A stretch of DNA of 64,000 nucleotides, taken from NCBI GenBank assembly GCA_964016885.1, contig OZ024746.1, forward strand, positions 58,094,001 to 58,158,000, read 5' to 3'. Positions 28,135-43,572 of this stretch are shown piece by piece. The position numbers were made by a program, and so were the translations under genes. Positions within the stretch are counted from its first letter, which is position 1, and the number at the start of each line of letters is the position of its first letter. The stretch is from Eledone cirrhosa. Its lineage: Eukaryota. The notes below the pieces were generated by a model. That model had not been told where the DNA came from. It saw nothing but the letters and a program-made list of their open reading frames with translations, and did not search any database.

Positions 28135-28316
28135 GCCGGCAGTATCGGCAGAGTGTAAGACACCATGCTTTGCAGTATAGTTACGTCCCTTTGTGTTCTG
28201 AGTTCAAATCCGCCGAAGTTAACTTTGCCTTTCATCCTTACGAGGTCGATAAAATAAAATACCAGTGATGCACTGGGGTAATCGCTGGCCTGGTGCCAAA
28301 TGTAGAAACACTATTA
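28135..28316 (+). mobile_element. SINE family A
   Basis: Matches 862-1052 along its length. Confidence 0.85.
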
Positions 28317-28439
28317 CTGGTAATACAGATTCCACAGATAGCCACCATATTTTGCTTATATTCTGTCAATTTGAACCTTAATAATTATATTACCAGCCTT
28401 GGGAAAATGATTAAAGAAATATGACTTCCAGTATGTAGT

Positions 28440-28835
28440 GCCGTCAGATACATTTTATGACCGTTTGCCTCCACTGCATTCAAACTATCATATTGTCTGA
28501 GAAAGTAGACCGAATACAAGCGGCCGAAATGAGGTTCTTCTGAATGGTCTTTGGAATAACGTTACTCGATAGATTACGCAGCTCATAGATCAGAGACCCA
28601 TTCCACGTAGAGTCGCTACGTCTCCGAATTGATAGAGCACAGATTCGATACTGCGAGCATGTGTTTAGAAGGTATCACGAAAGAATCGCTGGGAAGATAG
28701 TATGGGCCAAACCAACCGGCAGGAGACCCAGGGCTAGACCCCGAGAAACATCCATGAGCTTGGCTGGTCTCACTTGGAGATCCAACCAGATTAGTTAGAG
28801 ACGGCTGCTTCTGATAGGACACGCTGGAAGTGGGT
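28440..28835 (+). mobile_element. Highly degenerate RTE 3' fragment
   Basis: RIQAAEMRFF..LGITLLDR readable from about 28511; GRRP.GRP-like motif later. Confidence 0.55.
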
Positions 28836-31010
28836 GAAGAAGAAGAATTGTCTCCTCCACCATTCCAGGAATTCTACGAAGTGCTGATGTGTCCAACTTA
28901 TCCACATTCAGTTAGATCCAATTAGTTCGTATTACCTTGTGTTGGGATGCCATAATCAAACCTATGTTTCTTTCTTCATATATCCTTTTCCTAACCATCT
29001 CCCCGTGCCATTATCATTTCTGAGAACCCTTGTATTATTTTTATAGTTTGAGTTCAAGGATTTTGCATCAAATCTGACCTTCTGTTCTGTGGCTATATCG
29101 GCATTCATTTTTTTAATCCCTATTTCTATCGTAGTTTCCTCCTCTAACCGATTTTCCTGATTTTCTCATTGGTATTCACTCAAGCTTATATTTCGCAACT
29201 GAAAGTAACCCCTCTCTGCGAATCTGACTTTTTCCGCCTTCTGCTTTTTTCATGTAGAGTCGATCAGCATCAGTCTGGAAGTGCAAACATTGATATATAG
29301 TCTACATCTTTGTTTATTTAAAAATCCACTGAGCCCTATCTCAAATTCACCTCCTTCAACTCTCCACACAACAATACCTCCACACACAACTACCAATTCC
29401 TTCGTCTCCATTAGCTCTCCGGCGAAAGCTATGATTTCGAGACTCAGTCTCAACACACAGCCTCTCATTTAATCCGGGATGGATACCCAGACCTCTGCTT
29501 TGATGTGGTTGTGATATAAACACTTACATAAAATCGCACACATAATGTCGCATATTACACGCATACCTTTCTTCTTATGGTCAATTTACGCAACATACGA
29601 CTTCCGCTATCTTCACTCTCGAGTAATACTTGTACGTGAACGTATCTGTATAATTTTACATATATGCGTACACATGTGCATGTATATATGTATATTTGAG
29701 TTCCTACTTGTGGAACGGTACCGGACAATTTATACCATAGGAGTGCCACATATTTACACACTAAGACATTTATACTTGGCACAGCTGTGTGCAAATGAGC
29801 ATATGACAACGTGTACCATTGATCTAATGCTAGGACCATCTGGCCATTGGATTTCAGTGTTTGGCAGCATTTATTTCGGCTCACCTTTTAGGTGAATGTA
29901 TGTGTATAACTGTGCGTGTATACGTACACACGTGTTTGTATATATGTGTTTTGTATTTACGTTGGCACTTTTGGATCGCTACTGGACGAATTACAATAGG
30001 AGTGCACATATTTACATATTAAGACATTTATACATGGCACAACTGTGTGCAAATGGGCGTACTCCACCAGGGTATGGCAATATGTTCTTTAGAACTACTG
30101 CTAGGACCATCTGGCCGTCGGGTTAAAATGTCTGGCAGCTTTGATTCCGGCACACCTTCATATACCGAGTATCATACCACCGAACTAATCTTTCTGAGTC
30201 CGGTCGTTGGTAGCTGCTCTGTCATAATATTGGAAGTGATGCTTTGCGGCATCGCTTACGCCCCTCTGGACAATATACGTGACATAAAAGCGGACACTTA
30301 TATGCATGCCTCACTACCGTGGTGTGGTGCTCTCTCTTTGTAGCATTTAAAGAACGACTTTACTAGTGTGTGTGCATATAAACGTACACACAAGCATGCA
30401 TATAAAGTTGATCGAATCGAGTTGATAGGAATGAGGGTGCAACTAAAATACGCAAACGTGTGTGATTACACATATAACCAACTGATCAGTTCAGGCTCAC
30501 AAACGCTTACATGCAACTGGCACTACAGCGTCATCACGACATTCATAGTCCCACAAGATTGAACAGACAAACAGCTATAAAAACATAAAACTATATAAAC
30601 AGGCAAACAACAACACATACCCACACTACCTTCACACACCTTCACACACGCACGGGAACTCTACATGATAGCTATCTCCATTCATGCAAATATTTCATAT
30701 ATGTCAACCAAACTGACATGCACTAAATAACTACACATGTGTTTCTATTCTGAAAAAAAAAATTGAAACTTTACTTTCATATCTTATTATTGCTACTACT
30801 CTTCTTGCGATAAGCGACAAACATCCGAAACATAAAGGGTATTTTCCTACACTAACAAGCATTAAACATATATATCATATATATCGTAATTTATTAGTCT
30901 CCTCTGTTGATTTTCCTTGTTAACATTTATCACACATATATACATACACATACCTACACTCACATGTATACGTTCACATCTACACTCGAGCACATCTATA
31001 TGTAAGTATG

Positions 31011-31143
<133 letters not shown>

Positions 31144-31156
31144 TACATACATATAT

Positions 31157-31247
<91 letters not shown>

Positions 31248-31717
31248 GGTGTGTGTGTGTGTGTGTGTGTGTGTATAATACCTCTCCATTTATTTGCTGT
31301 TTCTATTTAAGTTATCTCCATGTTCCTTATGTTTGTCATTTGTAAGTAAGTGTGCCAGAAATGCTTCAGAAGACACACACATGTAGATTAGGGAAGTCTT
31401 TAAAATGCTTTCCAAGCGAAGGAATCATTTACAGATGTTGCTGCCTGTGCTGCAGAAAGGGAAATATATAGGTATTATAGGATAAAAAGTCGGGCATGTT
31501 CATTTAAGATTACATGGAATAGGGCGTATGGGGGTAATCGGGGAGACGGCGGAGATGAGAATGGAAAATCAAATATGTAATGCAGATATGAAGGCATCTG
31601 AGACGAATCGTTGACAAATCAAATGCAAAGGAAGCAACCAGGTAAGATAGTGTTGGATCTTCTAGCTCTATATAATAGAGATAGAGAGTTATATAGATAG
31701 CTGTATTCACAAACATA

Positions 31718-31801
<84 letters not shown>

Positions 31802-32081
31802 TTTGCCTCTATATGTGTGGGTTCAAAATGTTAAGGCATGGCTGCTCTTCCACATAGAGTAAAAAGGAAAAGAATAAACGAAAAACGAAAATGGGTAGGA
31901 AAGTAAACCGAAATAAGATTTAGCTGCTATTTCAAGCATATGAAGTGTTTCATGCAACAACAAACTTTTGATCTTGTATATCTCATGTATATTAATATTG
32001 ACGCTATATGGAACTTCTGTAAATATCTTTTACATTTCTTTGCATCAGCACATGTTTCGAAATACTGAAATGTAGGCATAC

Positions 32082-32200
<119 letters not shown>

Positions 32201-32882
32201 GCCTCTAACGGAATATTTTTCACATCTGTATAAATATTCACAGCAAAGCTTAAAAAAATGTAATTATACGTGCATTACATTTAATGCAGATTTTCCAGAA
32301 CACGCTCCGTTGTGCATAAATAGTTATTCTTTAAGAACACTACTGACGAATGTGCAGTATGGAAAGTAGATGGTTTAAGAATACAACCATTCCATGGCCC
32401 CGAACATTTGGTTTATTCTACGACCCGCAATTTGAAACATTCAATTCCACCAATGTAGTTTATGAACTCAGAGAACAGAGTGCCGGAACAAACATCAGGA
32501 ATCATATTAATCGGATGGACTTACAATTTTGCCAAATTGTCACATTAGTTAGTATTCAAATAGCTCATAGGTCAACGGCCCGGAGTTTTCCGATGCCCTA
32601 CCAAATAGCAAGGGGGGATTTCATAGGAATGTCATAGTGGATGTCTTATTTCAGTGTACTATACAAGCGCAGATCCAAGATGAATCTATGTTGCTCTATG
32701 TTGTCTCATTCACGAAACAATTAACCAAAGGCTAAAATCAGCAGCAATCCTGCTGAAACATTAGTAGAAAAAAAAATTGAAGCAGAGTATAGTTTTTCAG
32801 AATCATATATATATATATATATATATGATTCTGAAAAACTACACTCTGGTTGAATTTTTTTTTCTACTAATGATTCATCAAG

Positions 32883-32929
<47 letters not shown>

Positions 32930-32936
<7 letters not shown>

Positions 32937-34245
32937 TTCAAAATATTAACAGAATAGATATTCTTGTAATCAAGTATATTTTATTATACATATTTCAGAG
33001 GTACTGAGTTAGGTTCAACAGTACGTCCTCGTCAGATAAAATAAGATGATGCATGACATACCCTGACATAGTAGATGGTTAAGATTCAGTCATGGTAGTG
33101 AGTAATATATGACAAAACTCAATATTTATACCCTAATATTGAGAACATGAGAAAAATATATAATACATACAATAGAGAGGGTGCGTGTAATACAGCTTAA
33201 AAAATACATGGCATCAATATAACAGTAAATTTTTTTTTTTAAACTACTGAAGAAAGAGGAAAGAAGGGAAAGCATAGCGGAAGAAACAGCTGATGGGATA
33301 ATATAGTTAGAAGGTGCCTCGAAAAACAAATGAGAGATGATTAAAGAGAGAGAGGGACAAAGGGGAGTAATTTATGTTTAAGTTTATAGAAAATTATCCA
33401 TATGTGCAATATATATCTAAACTTATTTTGTTGTCCGTTAATATTCAAAATATTTAATTAAAGCTATTTCAGAGTAATGAGTAATATTTTAGGCTTTAAA
33501 AGTTAATAGGTATCTGTATTAATATTATATTATACTATCAAGTTAAATTTCTAAAATTCAAATTTTATGAAATAAAATTTAAAGGATTTACGAAACACAA
33601 AAAAGAAAATATATAATGCTTTTATACCCTCACGAAGGTATTCTTTACCAAAATTATTTATAATATTGACAACAGTTTATATAATATAATTTATAAAATA
33701 ATTATAGTTATAATTATTAAAGAATTTATGATTAACAGTTTGAGTGCCTAAAGGAACAACAGACCTTATAATTAAACTTAAAGAAGTCTGAATTTTTAAT
33801 TATATATATGTGCTAATCAAAAAATACACAAGGATTATAATTAAAAAAGAAAAAAAATTTGAACTGTTACGTTGATGCCATGTATTTTTTAAGCTGTATT
33901 ACACGCACCCTCTCTATTGTATGTAATATGTATTTTCTTATGTTCTCAATATTAGGGTATACATATTGAGTTTTGTCATACATTATACACTTCCATGACT
34001 GAATCTTAACCATCTACTATGTCAGGGTATGTCATGCATCATCTTATTTTATCTGATGAGGACGTACCGTTGAACTTAACTCAGTACCTCTGAAATATGT
34101 ATAATAAAATATACTTGATCACAACAATATCTATTTTGTTAATATTTTGAATTAATATTAATAACTCTGGAAAACCTTTACTGTTGAGTGCTTCCAATCT
34201 GTAAAACTCATTATTTGGTGTATTCATTGAACCTCGTTTAACTTT

Positions 34246-34250
<5 letters not shown>
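32930..34250 (+). mobile_element. Old PLE-like remnant with about 300-bp inverted arms
   Basis: 32930-33235 is the inverse of about 33855-34160. HHR in each arm. AT-degraded interior. Confidence 0.7.
34047..34109 (+). ncRNA. Type I hammerhead; mirror copy at about 32978-33041 minus
   Basis: TTTTAT-CTGATGA-GGACGTAC...GTACCTCT-GAAATATGTA-TAATAAAA. Confidence 0.65.
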
Positions 34251-34327
<77 letters not shown>

Positions 34328-34495
34328 ACTGGAAGTTAGTAAAATCGAAGTTGCGGCGCGCGGCCAGCATCCAAGAAAGAAACATTATTTGGAGCTTTGC
34401 ACGAATCACTCAGTAAGAAGATATGTGTAAATCGATAAGTTACATCTTACAGTAATAAACATACGTTAAATTGCGTGAGATATTGCAAACTGTGG

Positions 34496-34545
<50 letters not shown>

Positions 34546-36013
34546 CCACATTTTTCAATATGTATATATATATATTTGGTCTTGGTGTGCTGGAGTGTTG
34601 TAGTCTAATGGTGTTCCTATTTAAGATGGTTTGCTATTTATGTGTGGGGAAGTGTTTTCTGAGTAGGGCAAATAAGCTGCTAGCTGTTATTGTGGATACT
34701 GTTAAGTTGAATTGGGGTTATACCTACTTATAATTCTAGGCCTTCTTACGGCTGGGGCATCCCGATGTGTTATCCATGTATGAATATTTTCTCTTTGAAT
34801 CCGGCACGGATTAGGGCTTAATTTTAGTAATGGTGAGACTCACTAATAATATTTTCATTGACCGAGAGGCGCGATATTCTACGAGAAACGTTCCTGGTCA
34901 GATTCAATTGTACTCCTCGTCGTTCGGTGTTTATGTATATGTGTGTGTGCCTACATTTGTGTAACCTATGAATGGTTGTGCATTCCACAGGTACGCTTAA
35001 ACTTAACGTAATTGGCAGGGAGACCGAGCTTCATACCATGTGTGACAAAGAGATCCTTTCCAATTATAAAAGTCATTAGCGTTTCCGTCTACCCAGATAA
35101 ACTCTCAAGGCTTGGGTCAGATCGAGAGTAACTTAAATGCCACATATTGCGATAACACTTCGGGGATAATGATTGGGAAACGATCTTCAAACAATTCGGC
35201 GATGCCTACGTCTACATAGTGCATAAACAGCTTTTTGCAATGACTATCTGTTTCAGATTTCATTTTTTGATGGATACGATATATTTTACGTCAGTCCGTA
35301 TATCATTGATGAGATGTGTATTCGTGAAGTTATAAATTGCAGACACAATTTGATTAATATGATTAATACCCAATATACGTGTCATATTGTTGGTTTCATT
35401 CATAGATTCTATGTTACTTTAAATAAATAATTGAATTTGCCCAACTATAATACTAATATACTGCATTACAGAGACAGCTAATTTGGAAATGTCATCAATT
35501 TTAATGCGAAAACGATAGCTTGGAATGGAAAAATGTCGCTATATTACAGAAGAACGCACACACAAATAAACATGGGCAAGCATATATATATATATATTAT
35601 ATATATACATACATGTGTGTGTGTCTGTGTGTGTATATTTATATAATATATATATATATATATATAAATTGTTATACTTGGGGATGGTCATATTTGCGTA
35701 ATATTGCCAGAATTAATAACAGAACATACTCACTGTTTGGTTGGTTTACGCTTTTCGCTTCTGTGTCTTTTATATCGGTAATCTAATTTATTCGGTCCTC
35801 AATGTTGCCATTGACTGACCAACGGTCAAAAATACAGATACAATATAGACACAAACACATATATATAGTTTATCAAAGTTTTTTCGTTGCACATCTGCAA
35901 CATCGTCAGTGGTGCTATTGTTTCCTCCTGTTGCATTGCATTGTATTTACTACGCCATCTTTTTCTGAAAAAGATTGCGTAGAAAATACAATGCAACGGC
36001 AAGAAACACTATT

Positions 36014-36086
<73 letters not shown>

Positions 36087-36309
36087 TACATATATATATA
36101 TATGTAGGAGGTGAGTTTTATTGTAGTACAATAAAGCAATTAAGATATCGGATAAGAAGCACTCTACAGTTTGTAGGACTGGAGTATACATAATAGATAA
36201 GAGCAAAAGATGGTTAAATGAGTTCCATTCATTTTTAAATCAACGTATATGTTGATTTAAAACTGCACCATCCACAAGTGTGTTTTAACCTTCATATCAT
36301 GTCTTACTA

Positions 36310-36376
36310 TTTTATCTGATGAAAACACAGATGTTATTGTACGATGATATTTGTTTTTGAAATGCGCTTAATAAAA
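36310..36376 (+). ncRNA. Type I hammerhead in a short fold-back element
   Basis: TTTTAT-CTGATGA-AAACA...TGTTTTT-GAAATGCGCT-TAATAAAA. 36194-36232 is the inverse of about 36376-36410. Confidence 0.6.
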
Positions 36377-36409
36377 TACATCGAACTCTTTTAACCATCT
36401 TTTGATCTG

Positions 36410-38871
<2,462 letters not shown>

Positions 38872-39438
38872 TATATATGTTTCCGAGTGCATATAAATAT
38901 ACAACCATATTTGTCTGTGTGTATATATATCTATGAAAACTTATATATACATATATATATATATATATATACAGAATAGTTTTCCAAATAAGGGCGCAAA
39001 AATGTAATGAAAACTTGTTCACGTGACAGCTAAATTTCATTTATAACCAACCAAAAAAAAAGCCTACGTGAGCCTCCTTTTTTCAAGTAAAAAGAAATTC
39101 AAACACTCATATATGAAGAAACAACCTGTGACAACTCCCCCCCCCCCCCCTCTCTTATTTGAAGGACTATTGTAACGCGAACTGGCGCGAAATTTATTAT
39201 AATTATTGACAAACCAATCAAATTACTTCTCGAAAAACCTGGCATTTCGGGCCACTTTTTCCATATAAAACAAGTAACATTCAGAGACCAACCAGATGTG
39301 AGAAAAACCACAGACCCTCCATCTCAACTCACCTTTTGAAATGCAGAAGAACTGCGAAACCGGTAAAGGAACAAAATAAATATATATATTTTAAAAAAAA
39401 ATAAGACTCCAGTTGCATTTTCGATTTCATCTCTTTTT

Positions 39439-39518
<80 letters not shown>

Positions 39519-39780
39519 GTATATATACAAATATAACATTTCTTGAGAGAGGGCGGGTGGGTCATATATATGCGAACACACCTTGATATATATATACATA
39601 TATATATTTGTATATATATCTATATGTATATGTATATATATTTGCACATATATATATATATACTGTATATTTACGTATATATATCTATATATACTGGTTC
39701 CTATTACCCACTCTACTACCCTAAGTATTGAGTACTTTGGTGCGTTATGGTCCACCTGGTTCCTTACCACATTTCCTTCG

Positions 39781-39834
<54 letters not shown>

Positions 39835-39917
39835 GGAATAGAATGAAACGAAATTTCATTTCTCACTCTTAGTACGGCACTTACATAAATGTGCTACCAT
39901 TTACACCAACACATCAT

Positions 39918-39989
39918 GATGTGTTGGTGTAAATGGTAACACAGTGGTCCGGATAACCAGTGATGTGGGCTCGACTCCCATGTACGTCA
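39918..39989 (+). other. tRNA-like sequence (pseudo-tRNA or SINE head)
   Basis: 72-nt cloverleaf: GATGTGT/GTACGTC acceptor, GTGT/ACAC D arm, TGGT-ccggata-ACCA, GTGGG-ctcgact-CCCAT T arm. Several non-canonical positions. Confidence 0.55.
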
Positions 39990-40471
39990 ATTCTCATCTT
40001 TTTCCATTTCTCCGAGGGTTCTTAACCCCACTATCAGGCTAAATAATTTCTTTAATATCTTTAGTTAAAATACCGCGATAGCTTACATTTCTAATAACTT
40101 CAAACCCACTCGCTTTTTCGAAAATATTCTTACTTGATATATCTATATGTATATATAAATATAATACATGTAATACATATAATACATGTAACATGTATAT
40201 ATATGTGTGTGATATTTACATATGTTAATATCTATATATAAAAAGTTAACTATGCAACCTTTAGATTTATCACTAACTGTTGCTGATAAAGCAATTCATT
40301 ATCTAGTAACTATTTAGCAGGATGGTGTGACGTAAAACAGAATGATCTCAAATATAAAACAACACTCCCTTAATAAGAAAATGTATACATATATACATGT
40401 ATATATACTTGCATACAGACATGTATATATAAATATTTATATATATATATATGTGTATATATATATATATA

Positions 40472-40578
<107 letters not shown>

Positions 40579-40586
40579 GTATATAT

Positions 40587-40620
<34 letters not shown>

Positions 40621-40658
40621 GAGTAAGTGCATGTATATATATATATACATGTATATGC

Positions 40659-40753
<95 letters not shown>

Positions 40754-40863
40754 TAGTATCTTCATGCTTCAGCATTCTAATTCAAGATCTCCAACACCAG
40801 ATATGAAGAGGCATGGAGACATAGGAATAAACTGTTAATGATAATGCGAAGATGAAAGAAGAC

Positions 40864-40972
40864 GAAGAAGAAGAAGAAGAAGAAGAAGAAGAAGAAGAAG
40901 AAGAAGAAGAAGAAGAAGAAGAAGAAGAAGAAGAAGAAGAAGAAGAAGAAGAAGAAGAAGAAGAAGAAGAAG
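40864..40972. repeat. Pure (GAA)n tract, about 36 units
   Basis: Uninterrupted gaa repeat. Confidence 0.95.
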
Positions 40973-41119
40973 CCCAGACTTAGTAAAAGATAGAAGGCAA
41001 TAAAATGAGAAGTATAAGTATAAGAATGAAAATAATTCGTGATTACAACGATAATAATATTAAAAGAAAAACGAATTTAAACATGTTACACAAGACCCAA
41101 TTCTGTTACTTATATATAC

Positions 41120-41183
<64 letters not shown>

Positions 41184-41256
41184 CCATCTATATAAGCATG
41201 CATAAACACACGTGTAACTATCTATATGCGTATGCACGTACATATATGCGTATATG

Positions 41257-41293
<37 letters not shown>

Positions 41294-41294
41294 G

Positions 41295-41358
<64 letters not shown>

Positions 41359-41869
41359 CGTATATATACATATTTATATGTATATATATACATATTTATA
41401 TATGTATATGTATCTATAAATATATATATTCATATATATATATGTATATATATATTTATATATGTGTGTGTGTGCGCGTGTGTATGTATATACTTATACA
41501 TACATATACATATATACACAAAATTCGTTTATATAATGATGTTATTGACTCTTTTACAATAGTAGATAGAAGCAAATATTGGAAATACGAAGCCATAGAA
41601 TCAAGGAGATATAGAGATGTGTTTAAGTGATAAGGGCTTTTCTAAGGCTTGTGTTAAAATTACAATTTCTATGTTTAGTCGAAAGGTTTCCCTGTGAATG
41701 TGTTAGTATATTTTGTGTTTGTGTTTCACTTCCTTTTGTTTTTAGTTTTTTAATAGACAATCTTATCCGCTATATCGTAAAAATGTTTGTGCCATCTGAC
41801 ATTCTATTTAATGACACCTCCATTAATATTTTCATTATAATAATTTATTATTACTACTGCTATTTTATG

Positions 41870-42232
41870 ATAGTTGTTTCTACTTTTCGCATAAGGCCAG
41901 CAATTATCCCAGTGCATTACTGGTACTCAGTGCTCCTTTGGGAGCCCCTACATGGACACACTAGAATAGGAAGACCAAGTTTAACGTATTTTGATGCCCT
42001 AAGGACAGACACTGGTCTATTGGAGACGCAGGACATGGCAGCGATAATGAGGGACATAGACCGCTGGAGAGAACTCGTCCATGGATCTCGGGAATTTTAC
42101 CCACCTTAGAGAGAGATTACTGGTACTTTATTTTATCGACGCCGTAAGGATGAAAGGTAAAGATCCTAAAGGCCCGTAACTCCATGCCGCAAAGCATGGC
42201 GTCCGGCCCTCTAACGATACTGCCAATCCAAT
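41870..42232 (-). mobile_element. SINE family A interrupted by an RTE 3' fragment
   Basis: SINE tail 41870-41927 and body 42116-42232. 12-bp TSD attactggtact. Confidence 0.8.
41928..42115 (+). mobile_element. RTE-type LINE 3' end
   Basis: LLWEPLHGHTRIGRPSLTYFDALRTDTG..MRDIDRWR. Paralog at 53052-53300. Confidence 0.8.
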
Positions 42233-42435
42233 AATAATGATTTCTAGTATAGGCCCAAGGCCAGTAATTGTGGGGAGTGGAAATTGGATTAAATCAACCC
42301 AGTACGTTACTGGGGCTTTATTTTATCGACCACGTAAAGTCAAAGTTAATCTCGGTGGGATTTGAACTCACATCGTAAAGGGCCGTAACTCTATGTGCGA
42401 AACATGGTGTCCGATGCTGTAACGATACTGCCAAG
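42233..42435 (-). mobile_element. SINE family A variant
   Basis: Reverse complement of the consensus (gggatttgaactca, cgatactgccaa). Confidence 0.8.
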
Positions 42436-42466
42436 CCAGCGCCTAAGTAGAAACAATTATTATTAT

Positions 42467-42684
42467 TGGATTGGCAGTATCGGTAGAGGGTCAGACGCCA
42501 TGCTTTCCAGCATAGTTACGTCCCTTTACAGCCTGAGTTCAAATTATACAGAGGTTAACTTTGCTCTTCCTCATTACGGCGTCGATAAAGTAAAGTACCA
42601 ATCACGCACTGAGGTCGATTTAGTCGTCTTTCCCCTCCCCAAAAAGTGCTGGCCTTGTGCCTATACAAGAAGCCATTATTAATA
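42467..42684 (+). mobile_element. SINE family A variant
   Basis: ggattggcagtatcggtagagggtc...ctgagttcaaat...gtcgataaagtaaagtacc. Confidence 0.8.
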
Positions 42685-43367
42685 TTACTGCTATTTAGAC
42701 TTGTTAGTTCGTCTGATAAATTTGAAAACCCATCGAAGTCAATTTTAAATTTCATTCTTTAAAAGTTGATCAAATTATGTACAAGTCAGTTATTGTGACG
42801 CTGAAATTGACTTACCACATCCCAACATGGCTGATCATGTGACTAAGTTAAACATCATTACTATCACTACTATTTACAATTAATACCATTGCTGCTACGA
42901 CTGAACAAAAGCATACAATGTTTTGCGTAATTGTTCATATAATTATAGGTTTTCCATTTCTGATTTTATCGTATATTTTTGTTGTGCATTGTATTTCATT
43001 AGTTGACGATGAGCAGCAATATACCCATGATAGCCCTATGATATACCAAATTCCTTTAGAAATTATTCTCATAATAATTTATATGTAAATGGTGTGATGA
43101 GACAAAGGTGATTGCTAGAGAATTTTGAAGAAAACAGAGCTTCTATTCGTTAGTTCAAATTCGGAAGATAATAATAACTACAGCAACATAAGTATCAGAG
43201 CCACCAATGATTATGTTAGCAAAACAACAACCTAACGTACTACAGCAACAACAATCCCTCCAATACAACCGCTAACAACAACACAAGTAGCAGTGAAATG
43301 CATGCAAGCAAGACAAAGGTAACTGTGTAACAAGTTAGAAGCTGAAGCTGTAGTATTGCCTATAACA

Positions 43368-43572
43368 GACAGCTCAACATGCGGCCCCCTGGCCCCGTGC
43401 GACCCTTTACATGCACAATTGAGGCCCGCACAGAGGATTTTACAGCGCGAGGGTAATATAAAATAAAAAAATATTAGTTATAATGTACGCAATTATTTGT
43501 GATGTGTGGCCCTCAGACAACACATATTTGGCCATTGTGGCCCTTGAGGAACCCCCAGTTTGACATGCCTGG
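43368..43572. mobile_element. hAT-like MITE remnant
   Basis: Repeated gcggccc/gtggccc subterminal motifs; ends gtttgacatgcctg. Confidence 0.5.

Noticed and set aside
33240-33860. Mitochondrial insertion (very AT-rich)
   Set aside because: No recognisable mitochondrial gene; lies between inverted HHR-bearing arms, so a decayed PLE interior fits better.
39918-39989. Functional tRNA gene with GGA anticodon
   Set aside because: T-loop CTCGACT, no U33, weak acceptor stem and no long variable arm; treated as tRNA-like only.
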